Origin: Sedimentisphaerales bacterium
Lineage (GTDB): Bacteria; Planctomycetota; Phycisphaerae; Sedimentisphaerales; SM23-30
Assembly: GCA_963666285.1 (NCBI GenBank)
Contig: OY762711.1
Direction: 5' to 3' (one strand)
Length of the DNA: 64,000 nt
The notes under the pieces were generated by a model, which saw nothing but the letters and a program-made list of their open reading frames with translations, was not told the origin of the DNA and did not search any database. Position 1 is the first letter of the stretch. Every line of letters starts with the position of its first letter. Shown piece after piece: positions 9,446-18,478 of the stretch. A program made the position numbers and the translations under genes.

Positions 9446-11482
9446 ATGAAAAAACTTTTATGTCTTTTGGTTGCATTGTGTCTGGTAGGAAGCGTAAGGG
9501 CTGATTTAGTCATTACAAATGGTGATTTTGAAGAAGGGGGATTGACTGCCAATCAGAACGATGTTCTTAGTTGGTTTGATTCTGCAGGAAATTCAGATAA
9601 CACAGGTACTGATCAGTGGTGGTCAGGTTCCTGGTATGGTCCAGGGGTTTCTCCGACAGGTACATCAGGTGTTGGTTTTAGTGCCTGGAATTCACCTTGG
9701 ATTTTTCAGAATATTGGTGTTAATGATCTTGGCAGGACAGACCTTGAGGTTACTTTGACTATTGGTTCTTTCACAGATGCTGCTCAGGCACGTGACCTTG
9801 AAGTATTAGTAGAAATTTATCAGCCGGGCAGTGGTTTTGTTCCAGAAGAAGCCGTTGATATTGCTGATAGTTATACTGCTCTTGATTCGTTTAGTATCAC
9901 AGGTACAGGTCTTGAAGCTGGCGATACCGTAACCGATTCCGGTACTCTGGATCTTTCTGGTGCAAATGCGACAGACGCAATTTATCTTCGCATTTCTAAT
10001 CCAAAAGCTATTGAAGATAACAGTTCTGATAATCAGTCATGGGTTGGTGTTGATAATGTTTCAATTCCTTCTTCTGTGAACGTTGTTGCTCCAGTAAACG
10101 ATCCTTCTGGAACAATCCCTGTTCCTGTGACCCAGACTTTAGAGTGGAATGTTGTTATGGATGGAATTGAATATGTAGATATTTATCTTGCAGATGCAAC
10201 AGAACCAAATCTATCAAATGATCCCGGAACTAAGGTACTGGATTATGCACCTGTTGCAACTACCACATTTACTCCGTCAAACCTGGAATACAGCACACAA
10301 TATTATTGGAAAGTTGTAATGTATAAACCTGATGGTAATGGCGGTTATATGAGCGGTAGCGGCCCAGTATGGAGTTTTTTGACAGTAGATGAGCAGCCGA
10401 CAATAGGTGTAGTTGAGCCTGTTATTACTGTTGTAGAAGCAGGCGAGCCGGCAATTATTAAATCTATAGGTGTTAATGTTAATGATTACCAATGGTACAA
10501 AGTTGGTGACTCAGCTCCATTGCTCAATGGTGATGATTATGACGGTGTAACAACTGACACCTTGACAGTTAAGAATGTTCAGGTAACTGATGAAGGTTAT
10601 TTTTATTGTGTAGGAACCAATTCAGTCGGAACTGCTTCAAATGAAGAAACAGGCACCGGTCGAGTGATGGTTCGCAGAATGGTAAATCATTATAAAATGG
10701 ATATTACCTCAACTGATGGAAAATCAGTACCAAATGAAGTAGCAGGTAGTCCTGCTATGGAATTGGTTTCTGATGATGAAGTTGTCGTTGGTTATCCTGT
10801 GCTGGACACTGATGTTGTTGATCCTGTTCTCGGCAGCAGCCTGAATATTGTAAACCTTGCAGAAAATGATCCTAACGGACAATACGGTCAATTACCGGCT
10901 GGTGATATAAACCTTGCTGATATGACGGTTTCTGTTTGGGTTAAATGGACAGGTACCGGATCATACCAGCGTATCTTTGACTTTGGTAATAGTACTAGTG
11001 AGTATATGTACCTTGCAACCAATGTCAGTAACAGAATGCGTTTTGGAATAACAACTGTTGGTGGAGCTGACGAAGAAGATGTATTGACATCTGATGCAGC
11101 GTTGTCAACTGATACCTGGACATTTGTTACTCTTACTTTGTCTGGCGACACAGGTAAATTATATGTTAATGGTGAATTAGAAGATACAAATACTTCAATG
11201 CCTATCGACCCGATTGATTTCAAGCCGGCAAATAACTACTTTGGTAAGAGTCAGTGGGCTGATCCATTTTTCAACGGCTTCATTGATGATGTCAAGATTT
11301 ACAATTATGCCCGTACAACAGAAGAAGTTGCTCATGACTATCTGGATGTTATTGGTGGCTGGGTTTGTAATAATGAAGTGGATGCACTTCCTTATGACTA
11401 TAATGATGACTGTGAGGTTAATGTAGCAGACTTTGCTGTTTTTGCAGCTACCTGGCTTGATAGTAATCGTATTTATGAATAA
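9446..11482 (+). CDS. Secreted non-catalytic modular protein: unknown N-terminal domain + FN3-like + Ig + LamG + single dockerin-like motif
   Basis: GGAGG RBS; signal peptide; YQWYK..L...DEGYFYC (Ig); QRIFDFG..LYVNG..G.IDDVKIYN (LamG); C-terminal DYNDDCEVNVADFAVFAATWL. Confidence 0.85.
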   Translation: MKKLLCLLVALCLVGSVRADLVITNGDFEEGGLTANQNDVLSWFDSAGNSDNTGTDQWWSGSWYGPGVSPTGTSGVGFSAWNSPWIFQNIGVNDLGRTDLEVTLTIGSFTDAAQARDLEVLVEIYQPGSGFVPEEAVDIADSYTALDSFSITGTGLEAGDTVTDSGTLDLSGANATDAIYLRISNPKAIEDNSSDNQSWVGVDNVSIPSSVNVVAPVNDPSGTIPVPVTQTLEWNVVMDGIEYVDIYLADATEPNLSNDPGTKVLDYAPVATTTFTPSNLEYSTQYYWKVVMYKPDGNGGYMSGSGPVWSFLTVDEQPTIGVVEPVITVVEAGEPAIIKSIGVNVNDYQWYKVGDSAPLLNGDDYDGVTTDTLTVKNVQVTDEGYFYCVGTNSVGTASNEETGTGRVMVRRMVNHYKMDITSTDGKSVPNEVAGSPAMELVSDDEVVVGYPVLDTDVVDPVLGSSLNIVNLAENDPNGQYGQLPAGDINLADMTVSVWVKWTGTGSYQRIFDFGNSTSEYMYLATNVSNRMRFGITTVGGADEEDVLTSDAALSTDTWTFVTLTLSGDTGKLYVNGELEDTNTSMPIDPIDFKPANNYFGKSQWADPFFNGFIDDVKIYNYARTTEEVAHDYLDVIGGWVCNNEVDALPYDYNDDCEVNVADFAVFAATWLDSNRIYE

Positions 11483-11505
11483 AATTAAATTACTTTTCTG
11501 ATAAT

Positions 11506-11538
11506 TGTTTTCGGGTGTCTAAAAGATGCCCGAAAACA
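11506..11538 (+). terminator. Stem-loop between the LamG gene and the PEP-CTERM gene (terminator or mRNA-stabilising hairpin)
   Basis: TGTTTTCGGGTGTCT-AAA-AGATGCCCGAAAACA, with G-U pairs. Confidence 0.6.
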
Positions 11539-11616
11539 TGTATTTTTGAAATTTTGTATATCTTTATGGTGAGGATATTTATTTTATTTAACTTTTTGTC
11601 TTTGGAGGATAAAAGA

Positions 11617-12312
11617 ATGAAGAAGTTGTTTGCTTTAATTTTGGCTTTGTGTGTTGTATCTGCTGCTCATGGATCATTAGCTATTACTAACGGTAATTTT
11701 GAAACTGATGCTCCAGCTATTGCAGATGATATTAATCAGAATGATGTTGTTGGCTGGTTTGATTCCGCAGGAAATACAGATAATACAGGTACTGATCAGT
11801 GGTGGTCCGGTTCCTGGTACGGTCCTAAAGTATCTCCAACTGGAACATCAGGTGTTGGTTTCAGTGCCTGGAATTCACCTTGGATTTATCAGGCAATTGG
11901 AGTTAATGATCTTGGAGATACAGAGCTTTATATTAGGGGTACCATAGGCTCGTTCACTGATGCCGCTCAGGCACGTGATCTTGAAGTCTTATTTGAAATT
12001 TTCCAGCCAGGTAGTGATTTCACAGGTGCGGAAGATGCGGATATTGCTGACAGTTATACTGCTCTTGGTTCAGCAAGCATAACAGGTGCCCAGCTTGCTG
12101 CAGGCGAAACTGTTTCTAAGACAGTTATGTTTGATCTTACCACTGCCAATACGACGGACATGTTGTACCTGCGTATTTCAAATCCACTGGCAATTGAAGG
12201 TAGCAATTCTGATAATCTGTCATGGGTTGGCGTTGATAATGTAAGTGTTGTACCAGAACCTGCAACACTGATTCTTCTTGGTGTTGGCGGTTTGCTGATA
12301 CGTCGCAAGTAA
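11617..12312 (+). CDS. PEP-CTERM sorting-domain protein
   Basis: GGAGG RBS then ATG 11617 (track extends to GTG 11515); signal peptide MKKLFALILALCVVSAAHG; C-terminus VPEPATLILLGVGGLLIRRK. Confidence 0.93.
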   Translation: MKKLFALILALCVVSAAHGSLAITNGNFETDAPAIADDINQNDVVGWFDSAGNTDNTGTDQWWSGSWYGPKVSPTGTSGVGFSAWNSPWIYQAIGVNDLGDTELYIRGTIGSFTDAAQARDLEVLFEIFQPGSDFTGAEDADIADSYTALGSASITGAQLAAGETVSKTVMFDLTTANTTDMLYLRISNPLAIEGSNSDNLSWVGVDNVSVVPEPATLILLGVGGLLIRRK

Positions 12313-12341
12313 TTGTTTAAATTAGATTTCGTTCTCTATAA

Positions 12342-12386
12342 ATATAACGATACTGCAGGAATAGCCTTCATGTAGTATCGTTATAT
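12342..12386 (+). terminator. Long stem-loop after the PEP-CTERM gene
   Basis: ATATAACGATACTGCA ... TGTAGTATCGTTATAT, 16-bp stem with one G-U. Confidence 0.6.
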
Positions 12387-12425
12387 ATTTATATTAACAG
12401 ATTTAGTTGTTTGGGGTAGAAAGAC

Positions 12426-15400
12426 ATGATGGTGAAATATCAAATCTTATTAAATTTATTTGTATTTTTGTTATTAGCGGCAGTATCGGCTTATCCTGCC
12501 TCTTTGCAGCTGGGTACAGAACAGCCTTCTATTGCTGCGTCAGATGTGGCAAATCTAATTGGAGCTGCAGCAGACCATGATAATGTTGGGAATTCAACCG
12601 CCGACGGGAACGGCAATGATTCTACGACCTATATATCTTATGACAGGGCTGCCCAGGGGCAGACATTTAAAACTCCCGGCAGTGCTCTGGCCTACACGCT
12701 GAGAGCTGTAACAATTCGTCATACCGGTTATACTTCTAATACTGACGCTACTTGGTACAGAATGTCAGCGGGAGGCACATTTACTATAAGAGTAACAGAC
12801 CCGTCGTTAGGCGGATCATCGGCAATGGTGCTGAGTTCTGAAACTTATGCTGTGACTGGCTTAGAAGATAATATATTTTCTGTTAATACTGTATCAAGTT
12901 CTACCAATGGAACAGGCACATGGTTTACTTTTAATTTGGATACACCGGTAGAACTTGCTCCAAATACATTATATGGCTTTGATATAAGTTCAACGGATTC
13001 CTTTTTGGAAACTGTGGGTATAAAAGATACTGCTTCTGGTGGGAATCCCTATGCTGACGGATCTGCATATATCAGTGGATCAGGTGGTGCCGGAGCTAAT
13101 ACCATTAGTGCAGCTCCAGGAGACCGTGTTTTTATTGTACATTTGAATGCTATATCTCCGTCAGACGGAGATTTAAACTATAACGGGAAAGTAGACTTAT
13201 ACGATGTTGCAGTATTGGCAAATAATATAGAATATCAGGTTTATCTCAATACTCTCAAAAACATTGCTGCCAATTGGCTCAATGTTAATCCGCCTGTATT
13301 CAAAAATGATATAATAACCGCAAGAGATGCAATTATAGACGAATCATACGATGGCGATATATTTGATGAAGTAATCTATTATAATACTAATGCCTTAACA
13401 TTTGAAAAAAATGATGGTCCTGAATGGCTGACTATTACACCTGATGGCATTTTGTTAGGTAAACCGTTGGAATCAGATGAAGGTTTAAATACGTTTACGG
13501 TTCAGGTGATATCTGAAAAAAATATTGCAGTTCAGGTTGTATTACAGATAAACGTAATAAATGATCCAACTGACGTTAAATTTCTGGAGTCGGTACCATT
13601 CACAGACGTGGCTTTTGAGGACGAGTTCTGGCGGCCTCGTCTGGAAATTAATAGGGAAGTAACCGTACCATATATTTTCGATCAGCTGGAAGGTAAATAC
13701 GATTCGTCGCACAATAGAATTGACAATTTCTCAATTGCAGGCGGACTGATGACCGGTACTCCTCAGTATGATTTCCCATTTGATGATACAGATATTTATA
13801 AAACACTTGAGGGTGCCAGTTATTCGCTTATGGTTTCACCAGATGCCGAGTTGGAACAGTATCTTGACGATTTGATTGTTAAAATTGCCGCCGCCCAGGC
13901 AGCCGAAGGTGATGGATATTTATATACAGTCAGAACAAATGGGTTGGCTAACGATCATTGGGGCGGTACCGCCCGCTGGTATAGCTTGAAAATGAGTCAT
14001 GAGTTATATAATGCCGGTCACTTATTTGAGGCTGCAATAGCTCATTACCAGGCAACTGGAAAAACATCATTGCTGAATATTGCCAGGAACTTTGCCAATT
14101 TGCTGGTCGATACTTTTCACGATGGCGGTGTTGAAATTCCGCCGGGACATGAGATAGTAGAGTCTGCCCTGGCACGATTATATGATGTTACAGGTGATGT
14201 TGATTATTTAAATCTCGCTAAGTATTTTCTAGATATTCGAGGTACTGTAACTGATGATTATAGCCCGTGGGGTACTTACCATCAGGATCACTTACCGGTG
14301 CTTCAGCAAAATGAGGCAGTTGGACATGTAGTTCGAGCTATATATATGTACCTGGGTATGGCTGATGTTGCTGCCAGAACCGGAGACTATCAGTATCGAG
14401 ATGAGCTGATGGCCGCTCTGGATAGAATCTGGCATAGCGTCAATGACACCAAGGCGTATATTACCGGCGGATTAGGCGCTTCTCATGGCGGTGAATCTTT
14501 CGGCAGTCCATATGACCTGCCTCATGACGGATATTGTGAGACTTGTGCCCAGATAGCAAATGTGATGTGGAACCAGCGTATGTTCCTGTTCCATAAGGAT
14601 GGGAAGTATATCGATGTTTTGGAACGTACACTTTATAACTCTGTTACCAGTGGTGTTTCACTTGATGGTAATAGATTTTTCTATCCGAATCCGCTGATTT
14701 CGACAGGGGGATACACCCGCAGCGGCTGGTTTGATTGTAATTGCTGCCTTGGCAATATTGCAAGGATGATTCCATCGGTACCGGGCTATGTATATTGCAA
14801 GGATGAAGATGAGATTTATGTGAACCTCTATGTTGCCGGCACCGGCACAATTGCTCTGGTTGATAATGATGTTACTCTTACCCAGACTGGAAACTATCCA
14901 TGGGATGGTGATATGTCAATAGCGGTTGATCCCGATACGACGGGAGCGTTTACCATAAATATGCGTATACCCGGATGGACGCAAAACCAGCCATTACCGA
15001 GTGATCTGTACTATTATGAGAATCAAAGCACTGATGTTGTTGCATTGGATGTAAACGGTACGTCGGTTCCATTAAATATTAATAAAGGTTATGTTTCTAT
15101 TAACCGTACCTGGCAAGCCGGTGATACAATAAATATCTCTTTGCCGATGGCTGTTCGGAAGGTGCATGCAAATTCAAAAATTGCGGCATGTGCCGGCCAG
15201 GTTGCACTGGAACGAGGCCCGATTGTATATTGTGCGGAATGGCCCGATTACGACAGCAAGTCAGTATTTCATTTGTTTATTCCGGATGAGGTTCAGTTCG
15301 ATGTAGAATACCTGGAAAATATGCTGGGTGATTCATCCATAACTAATAAGGGAAATGTAATCACCGGTGTTGTAAAAGGCATGTTCGAAGATGATGACGG

Positions 15401-16172
15401 TGCAATTATCCAGCAGGATGAAGTTTTCCGGGCGATTCCATATTATGCCTGGGCGCATCGCGGGGCAGGCCAGATGACAGTATGGTTTCCTGATAATCCA
15501 GAGCTTGCTACTCCGGTTTTGCAGCCTACTCCAAAAGAAATATCAGGATATTGGTGTTTTGATGAAATCAGCGGTATCACTGCATATGACAGCAGTGGTA
15601 ATGGTATCGACGGTGTATTGAGTAATGGTTTGACTTTTGATACCGGAACCGTTAGCGGGCAAGTTGGGAACGCTTTGTCGTTTGACGGTAATGACCAGTA
15701 TGTTGATTTACCAACCGGATTAAGTGATTTTACCAAAGGCTGTACAATTTCGTTATGGGTATATCCAACAGATGTTCAGAACTGGTCTCGTTTTGTAGAC
15801 TTTGGTAATGGCTCATCTTCTGATAATATCTGGTTTGGCAGGCGATCCAATTCAAACGATCTGGCTTTTGAATGCTGGTCTGGCAGTAGCAGTAACGGCC
15901 TGGTTTATGCCGAAGATGTGATTAATCTGAATGAATGGCAGATGTTTACCGTAACGGTTGACAGTACCGGCAATGTCAGGCTATTCAAAGACGGCAGCCT
16001 GATACAAACCGGGACATCTATGCCGACAAGCGTAAACCGTACAAATAATTATCTTGGCCGCAGTAACTGGCCTGCGGATGATTATTACCAGGGCTATATG
16101 GATGATGTGCGGGTATATAATTATAATCTTACCGACAGTGAGGTTATGGCTGTATTTACAGCTTCAAACTGA
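12426..16172 (+). CDS. Modular GH127 (beta-L-arabinofuranosidase family) enzyme with unknown N-terminal domain, dockerin-like motif, Ig-like repeat and C-terminal LamG
   Basis: FDDTDIYKTLEG, HELYNAGH, GHVVRAIY, GESF, YCETCA, CNCC (Zn/Cys catalytic residues present), ERGPIVYC, IPYYAWAHRG; LamG at the end. Confidence 0.88.
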   Translation: MMVKYQILLNLFVFLLLAAVSAYPASLQLGTEQPSIAASDVANLIGAAADHDNVGNSTADGNGNDSTTYISYDRAAQGQTFKTPGSALAYTLRAVTIRHTGYTSNTDATWYRMSAGGTFTIRVTDPSLGGSSAMVLSSETYAVTGLEDNIFSVNTVSSSTNGTGTWFTFNLDTPVELAPNTLYGFDISSTDSFLETVGIKDTASGGNPYADGSAYISGSGGAGANTISAAPGDRVFIVHLNAISPSDGDLNYNGKVDLYDVAVLANNIEYQVYLNTLKNIAANWLNVNPPVFKNDIITARDAIIDESYDGDIFDEVIYYNTNALTFEKNDGPEWLTITPDGILLGKPLESDEGLNTFTVQVISEKNIAVQVVLQINVINDPTDVKFLESVPFTDVAFEDEFWRPRLEINREVTVPYIFDQLEGKYDSSHNRIDNFSIAGGLMTGTPQYDFPFDDTDIYKTLEGASYSLMVSPDAELEQYLDDLIVKIAAAQAAEGDGYLYTVRTNGLANDHWGGTARWYSLKMSHELYNAGHLFEAAIAHYQATGKTSLLNIARNFANLLVDTFHDGGVEIPPGHEIVESALARLYDVTGDVDYLNLAKYFLDIRGTVTDDYSPWGTYHQDHLPVLQQNEAVGHVVRAIYMYLGMADVAARTGDYQYRDELMAALDRIWHSVNDTKAYITGGLGASHGGESFGSPYDLPHDGYCETCAQIANVMWNQRMFLFHKDGKYIDVLERTLYNSVTSGVSLDGNRFFYPNPLISTGGYTRSGWFDCNCCLGNIARMIPSVPGYVYCKDEDEIYVNLYVAGTGTIALVDNDVTLTQTGNYPWDGDMSIAVDPDTTGAFTINMRIPGWTQNQPLPSDLYYYENQSTDVVALDVNGTSVPLNINKGYVSINRTWQAGDTINISLPMAVRKVHANSKIAACAGQVALERGPIVYCAEWPDYDSKSVFHLFIPDEVQFDVEYLENMLGDSSITNKGNVITGVVKGMFEDDDGAIIQQDEVFRAIPYYAWAHRGAGQMTVWFPDNPELATPVLQPTPKEISGYWCFDEISGITAYDSSGNGIDGVLSNGLTFDTGTVSGQVGNALSFDGNDQYVDLPTGLSDFTKGCTISLWVYPTDVQNWSRFVDFGNGSSSDNIWFGRRSNSNDLAFECWSGSSSNGLVYAEDVINLNEWQMFTVTVDSTGNVRLFKDGSLIQTGTSMPTSVNRTNNYLGRSNWPADDYYQGYMDDVRVYNYNLTDSEVMAVFTASN

Positions 16173-16202
16173 TAAGTTTTATGATACGTTTAAAATGCTA
16201 AA

Positions 16203-16228
16203 CAGGCCTGGAAATAATTCCGGGCCTG
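16203..16228. terminator. Probable bidirectional terminator between convergent GH127 and GH43 genes
   Basis: CAGGCCTGGAA-ATAA-TTCCGGGCCTG hairpin. Confidence 0.65.
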
Positions 16229-16273
16229 CTTAACATATAAGTGTAGTATTGTATAAAAAATTATTAGTCTGTT

Positions 16274-17977
16274 TTATTTGATCCTGAACCAGTCGAAATC
16301 GGCATAGCCGCCATGATGGCTTTTACTGCGAATTCGATCACAGAAGATTCCTACTTTGGCACCAATCCACCTGTTAGGTTCAGCGGTAAAACTTTTACCT
16401 ATAATAGAATATTTCTTATCATCAAGACTGTAGCTGAACTGGCATTGAGCGTCAGGTCCGGATACCTGAACACGCAGATATACAGTATTACTGGCGACAG
16501 CAGCTTCTTCAATAACTTCCTCCGAATTGCCTTTGTGACCGTCAATGCAGACAGATTGAGTAATGACTAACTGATCATCTTTTAGCGAGAGAGTCAGGCA
16601 GGCATAGCTATAACCCATAATAGTCAAACCTGCGCGAGTTTCGCGACCCATAGGTGTCAGGGTCATTTTAGTAGTTGCAATGAAATCCGGTGCAGGAAAT
16701 TTCTGTAGTAACACATTTCCGGCATCACGCAGGTTTACCGCATCTTCAGGAAGAGGATGGGAAAACAGCCTCAGGTATTCTGTTTGTGTTGATAGGGTAT
16801 GCCAGGTCATTTTGGGGTTTGCCTGCCATTGCCATTGCAGACCAAGTGTATCTGAGTTAAATTCATCATCTGTCAGAGGGCCCATGACAGGCATGGCTCC
16901 TGGTGCAGCAGGTTTATTGTGAGTTTTTACTGGTTCAAATTTGCAGATTGCCTCGTTGAAGCTGCCTATTTCCGGCCAGTTGTCTTCCCAGGTCATTGGC
17001 TGAAGGTGGACTATGCGGCCGTAAGCGTCACGGTCCTGAAAATGGATAAACCATGAATTACCGGCAGGAGTATCAACCCAGCCGCCCTGGTGAGGTCCGT
17101 TAATGGCAGTTGATCCCTGTTCCAGAACGATTTTATCTTCATAGGGGCCGAAGATATCTTTTGATCTTAGTGCGGCCTGCCAGCCGGTTTTTACACCGCC
17201 TGCCGGAGCCAGGATATAATAATACCCGTTACGCTTGTATAATTTTGGACCTTCTATTGTTGGGTGGTGGTCATGCCCATCAAAAATATGTTTACCTTCA
17301 TCTTCAACTTCTGTACCATCACTATTCATTTTACGAATAGTTAACAGGCTTTTAATACCGGCTCGGCTGGCTGCCCAGGCATGAACAAGATAAGCCTGGC
17401 CATCGTCATCCCAAAAAGGACATGGGTCAATAATCCCGTTTCCTGGAAGCACTAAAACCGGTTCTTCCCATGGTCCGCGTATGTTTTTGGTGCGTACCAT
17501 AAAGACACCATTATCAGGATCACCCCAATAGATATAAAAGTAATGATTATGATAACGGATACTAGGTGCCCAAACACCTTTTCCGTGTTGAGGTCTGTCA
17601 AATTCCTTAACGGGATATTTATCCAGTGCGTGTCCAATTAATTCCCAGTTCACCAGGTCTTTCGAATGTAGAATTGGCAAACCTGGAATAGAAGAAAAGC
17701 TCGATGCTGTCATATAGTAGTCGTTCTCAACTCTAATAACATCAGGGTCGGAATAATCAGCGTAAAGAATAGGGTTGCTGTAGGTTTCATTGCCGTTATC
17801 AGCAATCCAGCAGTCAGAGGTGTATGGCAGACTGCTTTTAGATGAACTCTTTTCATCTGATAAAAGGATACTGTCAGGTTTGTTGTTTTTTGATCCTTTA
17901 ATTTCCGAGTTGTTAATAATATCAGCCAAAATACAGCTTTCCAATACCGAAGTAATAATTATAATAACTTGCCACAC
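16274..17977 (-). CDS. GH43 glycosidase (xylosidase/arabinofuranosidase type) with C-terminal beta-sandwich
   Basis: NPILYADYSDPDVIRV, WAPSIRYH, IDPCPFWDDDG, IEGPKLYKRNGYYYI, PHQGG; start codon uncertain. Confidence 0.9.
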   Translation of the reverse strand: MWQVIIIITSVLESCILADIINNSEIKGSKNNKPDSILLSDEKSSSKSSLPYTSDCWIADNGNETYSNPILYADYSDPDVIRVENDYYMTASSFSSIPGLPILHSKDLVNWELIGHALDKYPVKEFDRPQHGKGVWAPSIRYHNHYFYIYWGDPDNGVFMVRTKNIRGPWEEPVLVLPGNGIIDPCPFWDDDGQAYLVHAWAASRAGIKSLLTIRKMNSDGTEVEDEGKHIFDGHDHHPTIEGPKLYKRNGYYYILAPAGGVKTGWQAALRSKDIFGPYEDKIVLEQGSTAINGPHQGGWVDTPAGNSWFIHFQDRDAYGRIVHLQPMTWEDNWPEIGSFNEAICKFEPVKTHNKPAAPGAMPVMGPLTDDEFNSDTLGLQWQWQANPKMTWHTLSTQTEYLRLFSHPLPEDAVNLRDAGNVLLQKFPAPDFIATTKMTLTPMGRETRAGLTIMGYSYACLTLSLKDDQLVITQSVCIDGHKGNSEEVIEEAAVASNTVYLRVQVSGPDAQCQFSYSLDDKKYSIIGKSFTAEPNRWIGAKVGIFCDRIRSKSHHGGYADFDWFRIK

Positions 17978-18130
17978 AATAAACCTTTTGTCTTTGTAAT
18001 CATTCTATTTCATGCACTTACATATATAATTACATATTTGACATGCATAAAAAATCATCCTTGAAAATAGAATTAAATGCTTATCTCCTATGTGGTTATT
18101 ATGCTTAATTTCAGTAGTTAAAACAAGTTG

Positions 18131-18162
18131 AATTCGCGCATAATTGGAGGTTATTTCGCGCA
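18131..18162 (-). promoter_or_regulatory. Tandem TGCGCGAA(A/T)T sites, 22-bp period; candidate XylR/AraC operator for the GH43 gene
   Basis: TTCGCGCA at 18133-18140 and 18155-18162 on the + strand. Confidence 0.55.
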
Positions 18163-18232
18163 TTTACATTTTAATAAGAGTTATTTAGGGGGAATTAATT
18201 TTAAACTCATATATTAATAAAAGTATATTAAT

Positions 18233-18433
18233 AGTTTAATTTCGCAGTTTTTAAGTTGCATTAACGAAGTGCCTCTGGTAAATCGCCTAAAAGGGCCTTC
18301 CTGCAATGCTTATGTTTAAAACAAAGCGTGAGACGATAGTCGAACACCTTAATTTTTCACTTCATTATTCATTTTTCACTTTGTTGGCCCTGTTCTGGCC
18401 TTTGTGCATAATAATGAACAGTCAAAAGTGCGA
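18233..18433. repeat. Copy A of a dispersed non-coding element (copy B at 59129-59302)
   Basis: Shared blocks GTTTTTAAGTTGCAT, GCCTAAAAG(G/A)GCCTT(C/T)CTGCAA, TGGCCCT.TT..GGCCTTTG.G.ATAAT and AGTGCGA in the same order. Confidence 0.8.
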
Positions 18434-18443
18434 TGCCGCACTT
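18426..18443 (-). terminator. Probable terminator of the XylR-like gene
   Basis: AAGTGCG-ATGC-CGCACTT hairpin followed by a short T run on the minus strand. Confidence 0.45.
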
Positions 18444-18478
18444 AATATATGGAAAATATGAGGATTATGTGGAGGGTT

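Noticed and set aside
11515..11616. N-terminal extension of the PEP-CTERM ORF
   Set aside because: It starts inside a hairpin; the RBS and signal peptide point to ATG 11617
9561..11947. Similar alternate-frame ORFs 9561-9758 and 11699-11947
   Set aside because: Their similarity only reflects the DNA-level duplication of the real domain
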